The notes beneath the pieces were generated by a model. It ran no database searches. It was not told the origin of the DNA and worked only from the letters and a program-made list of their open reading frames with translations. DNA of 64,000 bases, from the IMG/VR virus record IMGVR_UViG_3300025362_000477. One strand, given 5' to 3'. A program made the translations under genes and the position numbers. Source of the DNA: a virus (taxonomy: Duplodnaviria; Caudoviricetes). The first letter of the stretch is position 1. Each line of letters begins with the position of its first letter. This document shows, in pieces, positions 1 through 8,053 of this stretch.

Positions 1-42
1 TTCAAGTCTGACATCAGTTAAGAATGCTCAATGAGTTAAAAA

Positions 43-70
43 TGGCACCTCGACGGAGAGTTGAACTCCG
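43..70 (-). pseudogene. Orphan tRNA 3' half (T-arm, acceptor 3' strand, discriminator and CCA)
   Basis: Minus strand reads CGGAG-TTCAACT-CTCCG-TCGAGGT-G-CCA: a perfect 5-bp T stem with a TTC loop and an encoded CCA. No D arm or anticodon arm is recognisable upstream. Confidence 0.6.
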
Positions 71-116
71 GTCAGGTTATCTTGATTTAATTCTGAATAA
101 AATAAAAGGAATCATT

Positions 117-1043
117 ATGAATGATATAACCAAACATAAAATTTCAGAACGTGTTAAAACTTCTCCCTATTTTATTCAATTAAAAATACAAAAGATTGAA
201 TGTGAAAAAATATACTATCAACATCCAAAAATATGCCCAGAATGTAATGGAATTTTGAAATTTGAAAAACGTAAAAATAAATTCTGTAGTTCAAAATGTG
301 CAGGAGGATATAATACCAGAGGCAGAATCCATTCTGAACAAACTAAAATGAAAATTTCTAAATCTAATAAAGGAAATATACCATGGAATCTAAATGCAGA
401 TTCTAGAATTGATATAGAATGCCCTATATGCCATACATACTTTAAAACATTCAAAACACATCCAGGGATTTTCTGTTCTCGCAAATGTTTATATATCGAT
501 CAAAAGAATGGATATAACTTTGCTAAAAATCCACATTCTGGCGGATATAGAAGAGGATCTGGGCGAGGAAAATCGGGATGGTACAAAGGATATTGGTGTG
601 ATAGTAGCTATGAATTGGCATATGTTATATTCAATTTAGAACACAAAATCTCATTCATCAGAAATTCAGAATCATTTTCTTATCAATTCGAAAATCAAAC
701 ACTCAAATATTATCCAGATTTTATTCAAAATTCAATCTATATAGAAACTAAAGGTTTCTTGACTGATAAAGATCAAGCTAAATTTAAATATTTTCCTAAA
801 AATAAACAATTGATTTTAATTACAGGTAATGATATCAATAAATATTTAGATTATTCAATTGCTAAATATGGTACTGATTTCATAAAATTATATGAAGGGA
901 ACCCCCACAACAAAAGAAATAATAAATGTTTAATATGCGGAAAACCTGCCATCATAAAATATTGTAGTCGAAGATGTGCAGGCATTTCTCGTAATATAAG
1001 AGTGTATCCCGACGGGGTCTCGAACCCCGAGTCTCAGCAGTGA
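117..1043 (+). mobile_element. Putative free-standing homing endonuclease (Cys zinc fingers, NUMOD3-like motif, TnsA-N-like PD-(D/E)XK domain)
   Basis: CPEC..FCSSKC and CPIC..FCSRKC fingers; HSEQTKMKISKSNKG (NUMOD3-like); CDSSYELAY..YYPDF..YIETKG nuclease motif. Likely start is ATG 117 after an AAAAGGA RBS, not 24. Confidence 0.7.
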
Positions 1044-1078
1044 AAGTGCTGTGAGTTAACCAGTTCCTCTACCGGGAC
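1005..1078 (-). tRNA. tRNA-Glu (anticodon TTC), no encoded CCA
   Basis: Cloverleaf: GTCCCGG/TCGGGAT acceptor, GAG/CTC D stem, CAGCA-CT TTC AC-TGCTG anticodon arm, CGGGG-TTCGAGA-CCCCG T arm; followed by CAC. Confidence 0.93.
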
Positions 1079-1200
1079 ATATCTTTCTCAAATTCTTTTA
1101 ATTTAGCTTCTTCTTTAGAGGTGAAACGTTTCTGCCAACCTCTTTTATGAGGTTTACATAATCCGCAACATTTCTTCTTATTTTTATATCTCTTTCTCAT
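1069..1200 (-). CDS. Small basic Cys-containing protein (43 aa, MRKRYKNKKKCCGLCKPHK...)
   Basis: Translated by hand; below the ORF-track cutoff; in the same strand and operon context as its neighbours. Confidence 0.5.
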   Translation of the reverse strand: MRKRYKNKKKCCGLCKPHKRGWQKRFTSKEEAKLKEFEKDMSR

Positions 1201-1216
1201 TACTTTTTATTCTTTT

Positions 1217-1480
1217 TTAAAATGTTGTCGTTCTTATTTTTTCAAAGTCCACCTTATTATCAAAATGAATACGTTGAAGAACTGTCTTGTTATAATCTTT
1301 ATGTGGTTTTAAACATAACCAATATTGTTTCTCATTAGTTGCATAATCACATCCATCATAGATTACACCAAGACGTCAAGGCATCTGAATTCTAATACAT
1401 CTACAACATTCACAACATCGTTGTACTTTTCCTAATCTGGCTGTTACACCAAGATTTTTAAGAAGTTTTTTTGCTGTCAT
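1217..1480 (-). pseudogene. Cys-rich small ORF interrupted by one in-frame TGA (1376-1378)
   Basis: ATG overlaps the upstream stop (ATGA at 1477-1480); 34 codons, then TGA, then 52 more open codons in the same frame. Confidence 0.35.
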
Positions 1481-1665
1481 CCATCTATCCATTTTTCATC
1501 CAACCAATAATTGAAAAGATCCTTACTGATATTTCTTTGTTGTATTATCACATGTTCTAACCATCTCCATTCACCATTGATATTACGAGGAAATAATAAA
1601 AATACTGCTATTCTTCTAATATCACCATAATTCTCAGGTTTGAATTCAGTCATTGTCCATCGCAT
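1477..1665 (-). CDS. Hypothetical protein
   Basis: ORF in a co-oriented gene run. Confidence 0.55.
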   Translation of the reverse strand: MRWTMTEFKPENYGDIRRIAVFLLFPRNINGEWRWLEHVIIQQRNISKDLFNYWLDEKWIDG

Positions 1666-1693
1666 TTGATATACTCCTTTTTAAATTCAGCCA

Positions 1694-2107
1694 TCATTCC
1701 ATCCAGCTGGCATTGATAAGCTTTTTTAATAACAGCACTGTTTCATAAATTTTATTATCCAATTCTGATACAGTCATATCCATAACAGATGGTGCTGATA
1801 TTACCAAATTTGAATAACCGAATAAATAGTTAGGTGCATATATTACACCTTTAACAGTGACATCTTTATATGGAGGTTCAATTCCATATTTTTGGAATTC
1901 AATTATCAGCAATTTCTTAATTTCATTCAAATCCTTTTCAGGAGTTGATATTGAACAATCATCATCTGATGTTGTAAAACTATTCCATTGAGAATTACAA
2001 TCCTGGCATTCTAATGTACTATTTGGTTTTATCGTTCTGTTCCAGTGATTACACTCAGGACAGACCCAGTCCCATTCCTCCACTCTACTCAAATTTGGTG
2101 TTAACAT
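1694..2107 (-). CDS. Hypothetical protein with N-terminal zinc ribbon
   Basis: CPEC...CQDC motif; abuts the upstream gene. Confidence 0.6.
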   Translation of the reverse strand: MLTPNLSRVEEWDWVCPECNHWNRTIKPNSTLECQDCNSQWNSFTTSDDDCSISTPEKDLNEIKKLLIIEFQKYGIEPPYKDVTVKGVIYAPNYLFGYSNLVISAPSVMDMTVSELDNKIYETVLLLKKLINASWME

Positions 2108-2815
2108 CTATAACTCCAATACATGTTTCTTACCATCAAGATATTGCTGATTGATAGCTTTGTTTTGTAAAACAAACCGGTCAGCTTCACCTGGTTCATC
2201 ACCAAGTGTTGAGAAGTACTCTTTTCGGATTCTTTCCTTATCGAGCATTTTTGTCTCAAGTATGTTCCATGGGATTAAACCACCCCACACATCCCATCCA
2301 CAATCACATGATAAGACCCAAGGAATCTCTTCCCGTCTACCATGACAATGCCCATAGAAATGCCAGCTACCATGACATGAAGAGAACCATGTAGCATAAG
2401 GACAATGAGCAAACATCACCCTGCGACCATGTATCTTAGTATAGTAACTATATTGATAATGAGCACCATCAATTTTTTGAAACAGCCTGAACGCTTCCTG
2501 GTTCATCTTATCATGATTCCCTCGAATAAGAAATTTCTTACCTGCTAATCTCTGGATGTAATGAGCATGATTCTTCCATGCAAGATCCCCTAGAATCCAA
2601 ATTCGATCATTTCGAGTAACAGTACTATTCCATTTATTTATTATGTATTCATCATGTGCTTCCAAATTAACCTTTACTGGCCAATTCTTTTTCATATGCT
2701 TGGGCTTAGACGGATCAAAATCTGGATTCTCATATATAAATTCGGATCGATTACAATGCAAAACTACACCATAATGATTAATATGGGTATCTGCCACTAC
2801 GAATGTTTCACTCAT
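2108..2815 (-). CDS. Calcineurin-like metallophosphoesterase
   Basis: ADTH, ILGD, IRGNHD and YGHCH motifs in canonical order. Confidence 0.9.
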   Translation of the reverse strand: MSETFVVADTHINHYGVVLHCNRSEFIYENPDFDPSKPKHMKKNWPVKVNLEAHDEYIINKWNSTVTRNDRIWILGDLAWKNHAHYIQRLAGKKFLIRGNHDKMNQEAFRLFQKIDGAHYQYSYYTKIHGRRVMFAHCPYATWFSSCHGSWHFYGHCHGRREEIPWVLSCDCGWDVWGGLIPWNILETKMLDKERIRKEYFSTLGDEPGEADRFVLQNKAINQQYLDGKKHVLEL

Positions 2816-3126
2816 GGATATGTTTATCTCCTTTCAAGAATTTTTCTATCATTACAAGAATATCAGAAATCCATGAACAATTAGCAATCACAACGACAAC
2901 ACCAATCAATAAACCTCCACCAACAATCGAATATAATTTAATCTCTTCAATAGTAATCATTACTTTTTCCTTTTATTTTTTAATCCTCTAATATGATCTA
3001 TCAGTTTAAGGACTAACTTTAATATAATTACGAATAGAATAAGAATAACACATCCAACAAATATCCATACTAAAGTCATTGGTTCTACACATAGATAATT
3101 TAACATTTATAAGTTCCTTTTAAAAA

Positions 3127-3201
3127 TGGTAGCGGGAATGGGAGTCGAACCCATCACGACGAGGTTATGAATCTCGCGATCTACCGATGATCTATCCCGC
3201 A
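3127..3201 (-). tRNA. tRNA-Met (CAT), initiator-like, CCA encoded
   Basis: TGCGGGA/TCCCGCT acceptor with a 1:72 mismatch, A11:U24 pair in the D stem, TT CAT AA loop, ATGGG-TTCGACT-CCCAT T arm, ACCA end. Confidence 0.9.
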
Positions 3202-3212
3202 ATATTTATTAT

Positions 3213-3461
3213 TTATTCTTTAGTGATTTCATATTGTTCTGTCATGTCAATTCTTAGTGGACATATGTTAAATGTCCATATCCACCCAACAACAAGTAAA
3301 ATTGTAATAACAATAACAACCAACCAATGTGACCAATGTAAACCACACCAACAATAATAAAACCATACGTTTGCGATAAATAACACACTAACGAATAAGA
3401 CTATTACTAATATGACCAGCCACCCCAATACCATTAATCCTGTCATTTGGCATACTCCCAT
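3213..3461 (-). CDS. Small membrane protein (two hydrophobic segments)
   Basis: Two long aliphatic stretches; two further membrane-like ORFs under 60 aa lie at about 2810-3110. Confidence 0.6.
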   Translation of the reverse strand: MGVCQMTGLMVLGWLVILVIVLFVSVLFIANVWFYYCWCGLHWSHWLVVIVITILLVVGWIWTFNICPLRIDMTEQYEITKE

Positions 3462-3838
3462 TTGTCTTTCAACTCGATAGTAAAATTTTCCATATGATGT
3501 GTACGATATATCAATCTCATATTATCATCATATAATATAGAGTTTCCACCATCTATCACACACTCAAAAGCAGTTGCATATATAAACTGTTTGCATTTTC
3601 TCCCAACTATATACAATTCTTCATCACCATCCAAGATGACAAAATCAGTTCCTTCGAGTTTTTTATAATCTAATTTTACTATATGTGAGGTACTCCACTT
3701 CCTATACAATCCATCCAATGTATCTTGCGGAACATTATCATAGATTGCATCAAATAAATTATCAGCAATAACTTTCTCACAATCTGCCAGATTGCGAAAG
3801 AATTCAATATGAAAAACTATGAATTCTTCAGTATTCAT
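3443..3838 (-). CDS. Hypothetical protein
   Basis: ORF with GGAG RBS; overlaps the next gene. Confidence 0.6.
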   Translation of the reverse strand: MNTEEFIVFHIEFFRNLADCEKVIADNLFDAIYDNVPQDTLDGLYRKWSTSHIVKLDYKKLEGTDFVILDGDEELYIVGRKCKQFIYATAFECVIDGGNSILYDDNMRLIYRTHHMENFTIELKDKWEYAK

Positions 3839-3893
3839 TTATCAACTCCAATATTTTTAATTTATGAAAATCTTCTACTCGATCAAAGTGGTG

Positions 3894-3965
3894 ATGCCCC
3901 CGTCAGAATCGAACTGATCATAGCCACAGTCAAAGTGTGGTGCACTACCGTTGTGCTAGAGGGCA
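3894..3965 (-). tRNA. tRNA-Gln (anticodon TTG), CCA not directly after the discriminator
   Basis: TGCCCTC/GGGGGCA acceptor with U1:A72, GCAC/GTGC D stem, CCACA-CT TTG AC-TGTGG anticodon arm, TCAG-TTCGATT-CTGA T arm; followed by T-CACCA. Confidence 0.92.
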
Positions 3966-3972
3966 TTATAAT

Positions 3973-4407
3973 CTAAAATGTTAAGTCATTTTTATTTAAT
4001 TCTTCTGTAGATCCATCCGGAAATATAATGACGATATGTCTATTCGTTTTCTTAGAATAACGTATAGTTGCCCATGTTCCAGATCTCAACTCTTCAACAA
4101 ATCCTCTCGGAGTCGCTAACATGGTCTGACATGAATCTACTATATCATGATCACGGGCAGTATAAGTCCTTTCAGGCATTATCACTTCTGCACTACAAAA
4201 TGCTCTAAATCTTGGATTGTTTGGTGGATGCAAAATGATCTGAGAAACATTGTTGATATTAGCCAGGTCACCAGCTTCTTTATCAGCACCTACACAATCA
4301 CCATGATGAAACTCAAAGGGGTGATTTCCTTTAAAATAATCAGAAACAACTTTCTTCTGTTTATCAGTCATCCCTTTTCGGGTTCCTGTAAATCCAAATA
4401 TTTTCAT
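3973..4407 (-). CDS. SLOG-superfamily nucleotide-binding protein
   Basis: GFTGTRKGMT, HHGDCVGAD, ARDHDIVD and SGTWATIRY motifs. Confidence 0.75.
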   Translation of the reverse strand: MKIFGFTGTRKGMTDKQKKVVSDYFKGNHPFEFHHGDCVGADKEAGDLANINNVSQIILHPPNNPRFRAFCSAEVIMPERTYTARDHDIVDSCQTMLATPRGFVEELRSGTWATIRYSKKTNRHIVIIFPDGSTEELNKNDLTF

Positions 4408-4408
4408 A

Positions 4409-4835
4409 TTAACATATTCCTAATTGTCTTTGTCTTCTAGATGTTTCATGAAATTCCTCTTTAAATTCAGAATCATTCAAAATCTCAACTGTAATATTTT
4501 CCCATACAAAAGGTGCACCTACGGAATTTGGTAATAATGCTTTCATATTTTCACGTCCATGTCCATTTAAACTATGAAGGAATATCATATTAGGTTGTTT
4601 GAAAGATTGTTCACTTATCCACCGAGCAGCTTCTGATCCAGTATCAGCTCTTTTAGTATCAACATAAACTTCTCCCCCCAAGGTCATGATCAAGGAATAA
4701 AACGTCCCATACATCACCCAAAAGAAGAGTTTTTAGTTCCTCTACGTCATCCATAATACTAATATCCGCACCAACTAAATTTTTACGAAACTGTTTGTTT
4801 CTCTCTTCATTATCTTCAAGTATTAAAATTTTCAT
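4409..4835 (-). pseudogene. Receiver-like protein (cyclic-phosphate-processing REC type) with a +1 frameshift in a G6 run
   Basis: MKILILED...LFLDHDLGG from ATG 4835 (AGAGG RBS) continues as EVYVD..TGSEAARW..FLHSLN only if the G6 at 4674-4679 is G5. Confidence 0.7.
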
Positions 4836-4836
4836 A

Positions 4837-5286
4837 TCATACCTCTTTTATTTCCAGCTCCACTAATGGTTCATCTGTGTATTTATTAGGTTCACGAAAA
4901 TGTACTGATGATTCATCTCCAGATGCTTTATCTATCGATAATTGCTGTCTAATTTTTTGATACATTTCATAAATCAACCGAAAATCAGAATCAACTTCAT
5001 TTGATGAAATCGAATTTGAACTATGAACTCCATAACAATTGAATATTTTTTGTTTGATTATTTCAATTGCATTATGTAAGTCTTCATCACAATGTATCAT
5101 TTCCGATTTATCTTTAAAGGTATCATATTGATTGAAAGGTAAATCCCCAATTACATTTTCCAATTGTCCGATCCCAAATCTAAAATATGTCTCCATTGCC
5201 AGCATTAATATATTAATTTGCTTTTCTGTTAGTTTTAAACAATATTGTTTAGACAAAATAATTCCTTTAATTATTAATTGTAACAT
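4837..5286 (-). CDS. Hypothetical protein
   Basis: ORF in a co-oriented run; no recognised motif. Confidence 0.6.
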   Translation of the reverse strand: MLQLIIKGIILSKQYCLKLTEKQINILMLAMETYFRFGIGQLENVIGDLPFNQYDTFKDKSEMIHCDEDLHNAIEIIKQKIFNCYGVHSSNSISSNEVDSDFRLIYEMYQKIRQQLSIDKASGDESSVHFREPNKYTDEPLVELEIKEV

Positions 5287-5611
5287 TAATATTAATCTGA
5301 TCTATCGCAAAATATGTTGCAGCCGCATCAGCAACAACAGCACCAAATTGCCGCCATGGATGTTCTTGAATAACATCAATAGCTAACAGATTAACCCCTA
5401 TTCCATACATTCCGGGTTTGGTAATTGATTGGAAAACCCGTCGTGAAGGGATTCCTAAGTCCAATTGTTTTATATATAATGGATTTTTAGTATCAACAAT
5501 TTGTCTAGAATAAATTTCATTCTCAGATGCTTTATATGACATATATGATAAACATCCATTCATACAAAAGCAACACAACATTAAACTCATTACCATTATT
5601 AATTTTTTCAT
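5267..5611 (-). CDS. Putative lipoprotein
   Basis: MKKLIMVMSLMLCCFCMNGC signal/lipobox-like N-terminus from ATG 5611. Confidence 0.6.
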   Translation of the reverse strand: MKKLIMVMSLMLCCFCMNGCLSYMSYKASENEIYSRQIVDTKNPLYIKQLDLGIPSRRVFQSITKPGMYGIGVNLLAIDVIQEHPWRQFGAVVADAAATYFAIDQININVTINN

Positions 5612-5777
5612 TTTATATCCTTTTATCTTCTTCATTAAGTTCATCTCGTAAATCTCTAGCATCTTATGGATTCTCAAATCTATCTGCACAAAACCCACCC
5701 TGTTTAACAGTATATCGTCTCATATCAGAATCCCATTCGATAAACCATCTCATAATTCCATCCATTAATAAATTCCT

Positions 5778-7163
5778 TTATTTAAGATACTTTTCTTCTA
5801 CTTCCCATCCCTTTTCATCATAAACTTTCTTTCTATATGTATAACGACTAACTAATTCATCAAAATCAGTATCAACACAATCAAATATGATTGGTTGTTT
5901 TTTGTTTGCTGCATATCTACACACTCGACCAACAGCCTGTTCAATATTTGATATGGAATTTGCCATTACTAAACAATCAAGTTCTTTCCTATCAGTACCA
6001 TCTCTAGAACTTCCAGGTGTACTAAATACAAACTTTTGAAGTAATGCTTCATCTCTCTTATCTTTACTCCGAGGTATAAAAAACCCAACATCATGTTTTG
6101 GTATTACCTTCGATACAGCATCCAATACTTTAATTCTATCTGAAATGAATAATGTTGTTCGATCAGCATCATAAACCTTTTTAACAATCTTTTGCATCAT
6201 TGGATAATATTTAGTATTTTTTTTAGATGTCAAAATTGAATAATATCTAATGTTATCAAATCGAGGATATTTCAATTTAGTATTACCATTGCCATCTCTA
6301 GCACCCCAATACACATATTGTTTAGCATAACTAGCACCATGACTAAATTTCAACACAACCACTTTCGGTTTCATAGTATTAGTTTCACCTTCAGGTGCAT
6401 AAACCAACCCAAGATGTTTCCATATTATATCATGATTTTGATCAGCTCTTCCTGGAGTTGCACTCAATCCGAAAACCCTTTTACAAGGTAGATGCATTGA
6501 TGTTCTTGAAAATTGAGGTGCACCTGTAGTCGTATGACATTCATCCCATATACCAACTCCAAAATGAGCATTTAATATCAAATGCTGAAAATCAGGAACT
6601 CTCTCAATCATACTATTAAATGTTTGTACCGTTGTCAATACTATCGGTTTTTTAATCATCTCTCTACATTTACTAGTCTTAAGAATCCCAATATCATCGA
6701 TAGTTATATCTGAATGCTCTAAAAATCTATCTCGCCATTGAGTAACTAATGAATCTTTATGAACAAAAATTATAGTTTTTTTCCCAATGTGACATATAGC
6801 CCCAATTGATATCACAGTTTTTCCCTCACCTGGTGGTAATTTTAAAATACCATGGTCATTTTCGGTTAACATAGCAAAGCCTTTACGTTGAAGATCGTTC
6901 CTCCATTCACACTTAAACTTTATATGTATATCCTCTCCTTCTGGAGTATAATTTAAAACATCATGTCCGCATCTATATATTTCATAATATCTCGGTATTA
7001 GTATATGTCCATCTAATTTTTCATAGTACCGAGTAGTTATTGTTACGGTCGGATCATCAAAACTAGATCCGGTGCGTGTCAAATCTTGTAATATTGATTG
7101 ACACCAGGGTTCCTTCTCAAAATGTTCGGGAATCCTGATACATGATGTTTTTATTAAATTCAT
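5778..7163 (-). CDS. uvsW: SF2 DNA helicase, UvsW/XPB-like
   Basis: PPGEGKT (Walker A), DECH, SATP and QAVGRVCR motifs. Confidence 0.85.
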   Translation of the reverse strand: MNLIKTSCIRIPEHFEKEPWCQSILQDLTRTGSSFDDPTVTITTRYYEKLDGHILIPRYYEIYRCGHDVLNYTPEGEDIHIKFKCEWRNDLQRKGFAMLTENDHGILKLPPGEGKTVISIGAICHIGKKTIIFVHKDSLVTQWRDRFLEHSDITIDDIGILKTSKCREMIKKPIVLTTVQTFNSMIERVPDFQHLILNAHFGVGIWDECHTTTGAPQFSRTSMHLPCKRVFGLSATPGRADQNHDIIWKHLGLVYAPEGETNTMKPKVVVLKFSHGASYAKQYVYWGARDGNGNTKLKYPRFDNIRYYSILTSKKNTKYYPMMQKIVKKVYDADRTTLFISDRIKVLDAVSKVIPKHDVGFFIPRSKDKRDEALLQKFVFSTPGSSRDGTDRKELDCLVMANSISNIEQAVGRVCRYAANKKQPIIFDCVDTDFDELVSRYTYRKKVYDEKGWEVEEKYLK

Positions 7164-7171
7164 TTATATAT

Positions 7172-7600
7172 TTAACCTATTTTATACTCTGCATATCCAT
7201 CTTCAGTTTCATGAAATCGAACTTTATCAACTTCAATATTCGGAAAGGATTTCATAATATATCTAACTTCTCCAAAAATATGTTCAGCTAAAATCTCTGC
7301 TGTAGGACTCCTATCAAATAATACTAATTTTTTATTATGCTTTGATAACATATCCAAATAATCAGAATCCATTGATTTAGGCATTAGGAGTGCGTGATCA
7401 TACTTTAAAATCACAGATCCCAGAATATCATCTAGTGAACTAAAATCAATAAGCATACCATCCTTATTCAATACCATATCACTTAAGAAAATTTCTATTA
7501 CTCCAGTGTGACCATGTATAGTCTCAAAACATTCCTTTGTGTATGCTGATGATAACTGATGAGCATATGATATTTTATACTTCCGTCGAATTTGATGCAT
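7172..7600 (-). CDS. queD: 6-carboxy-5,6,7,8-tetrahydropterin synthase
   Basis: SYAH..C..IHGHT, DHALL, PTAE and FHET motifs of the QueD/PTPS family. Confidence 0.88.
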   Translation of the reverse strand: MHQIRRKYKISYAHQLSSAYTKECFETIHGHTGVIEIFLSDMVLNKDGMLIDFSSLDDILGSVILKYDHALLMPKSMDSDYLDMLSKHNKKLVLFDRSPTAEILAEHIFGEVRYIMKSFPNIEVDKVRFHETEDGYAEYKIG

Positions 7601-8045
7601 CTATTTTTTCCTCTTGTTGTTTGAAATCATCTAGTGTTAATTTTCTACCATCATATGATATGTTATGTATTATCCATTTATTGAGAGAATCAAGGTCATC
7701 AAATTCAGTACCTTCATGACCTTGATGAAATCTAAATACAGGAATCCATTTATCATCCTTCAATCTCTCACATTTAACGATCCATACATCTTCTGATGCT
7801 GGATGTGTCATAGATAGAGCAGCCAAATACTTAGTACTACCACTTCTACTAACAAAATGATAATTATATAAAAACAAAACCTGTTGAAGCATCCATCCAT
7901 ATTTACATGTAGTGCTTAATTTTTCAGCCCTCTTATATCCAATAGTGCAACCATTAGAATAATACTGACATTCCTTAGAACATTTTTCTCTCTCGTGAAG
8001 GGGGATAGATGTCCCATCATAAAAAACATATAAATTACAAAACAT
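7575..8045 (-). CDS. Hypothetical protein with Cys cluster
   Basis: ORF overlapping the queD start; CSKEC..C..C motif. Confidence 0.55.
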   Translation of the reverse strand: MFCNLYVFYDGTSIPLHEREKCSKECQYYSNGCTIGYKRAEKLSTTCKYGWMLQQVLFLYNYHFVSRSGSTKYLAALSMTHPASEDVWIVKCERLKDDKWIPVFRFHQGHEGTEFDDLDSLNKWIIHNISYDGRKLTLDDFKQQEEKIDASNSTEV

Positions 8046-8053
8046 AAATTCTC

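Noticed and set aside
1-42. Possible additional tRNA 5' part at the window edge (GTCAGACTTGAA on the minus strand)
   Set aside because: No D-loop GG or convincing acceptor strand, and it is truncated by the edge.
43-1078. Group I intron in a tRNA, or splicing of the tRNA-Glu 5' half to the distal 3' half
   Set aside because: tRNA-Glu is already complete. Pairing with the distal acceptor strand needs three G-U pairs and a mismatch, and no intron core (P7 etc.) was recognised.
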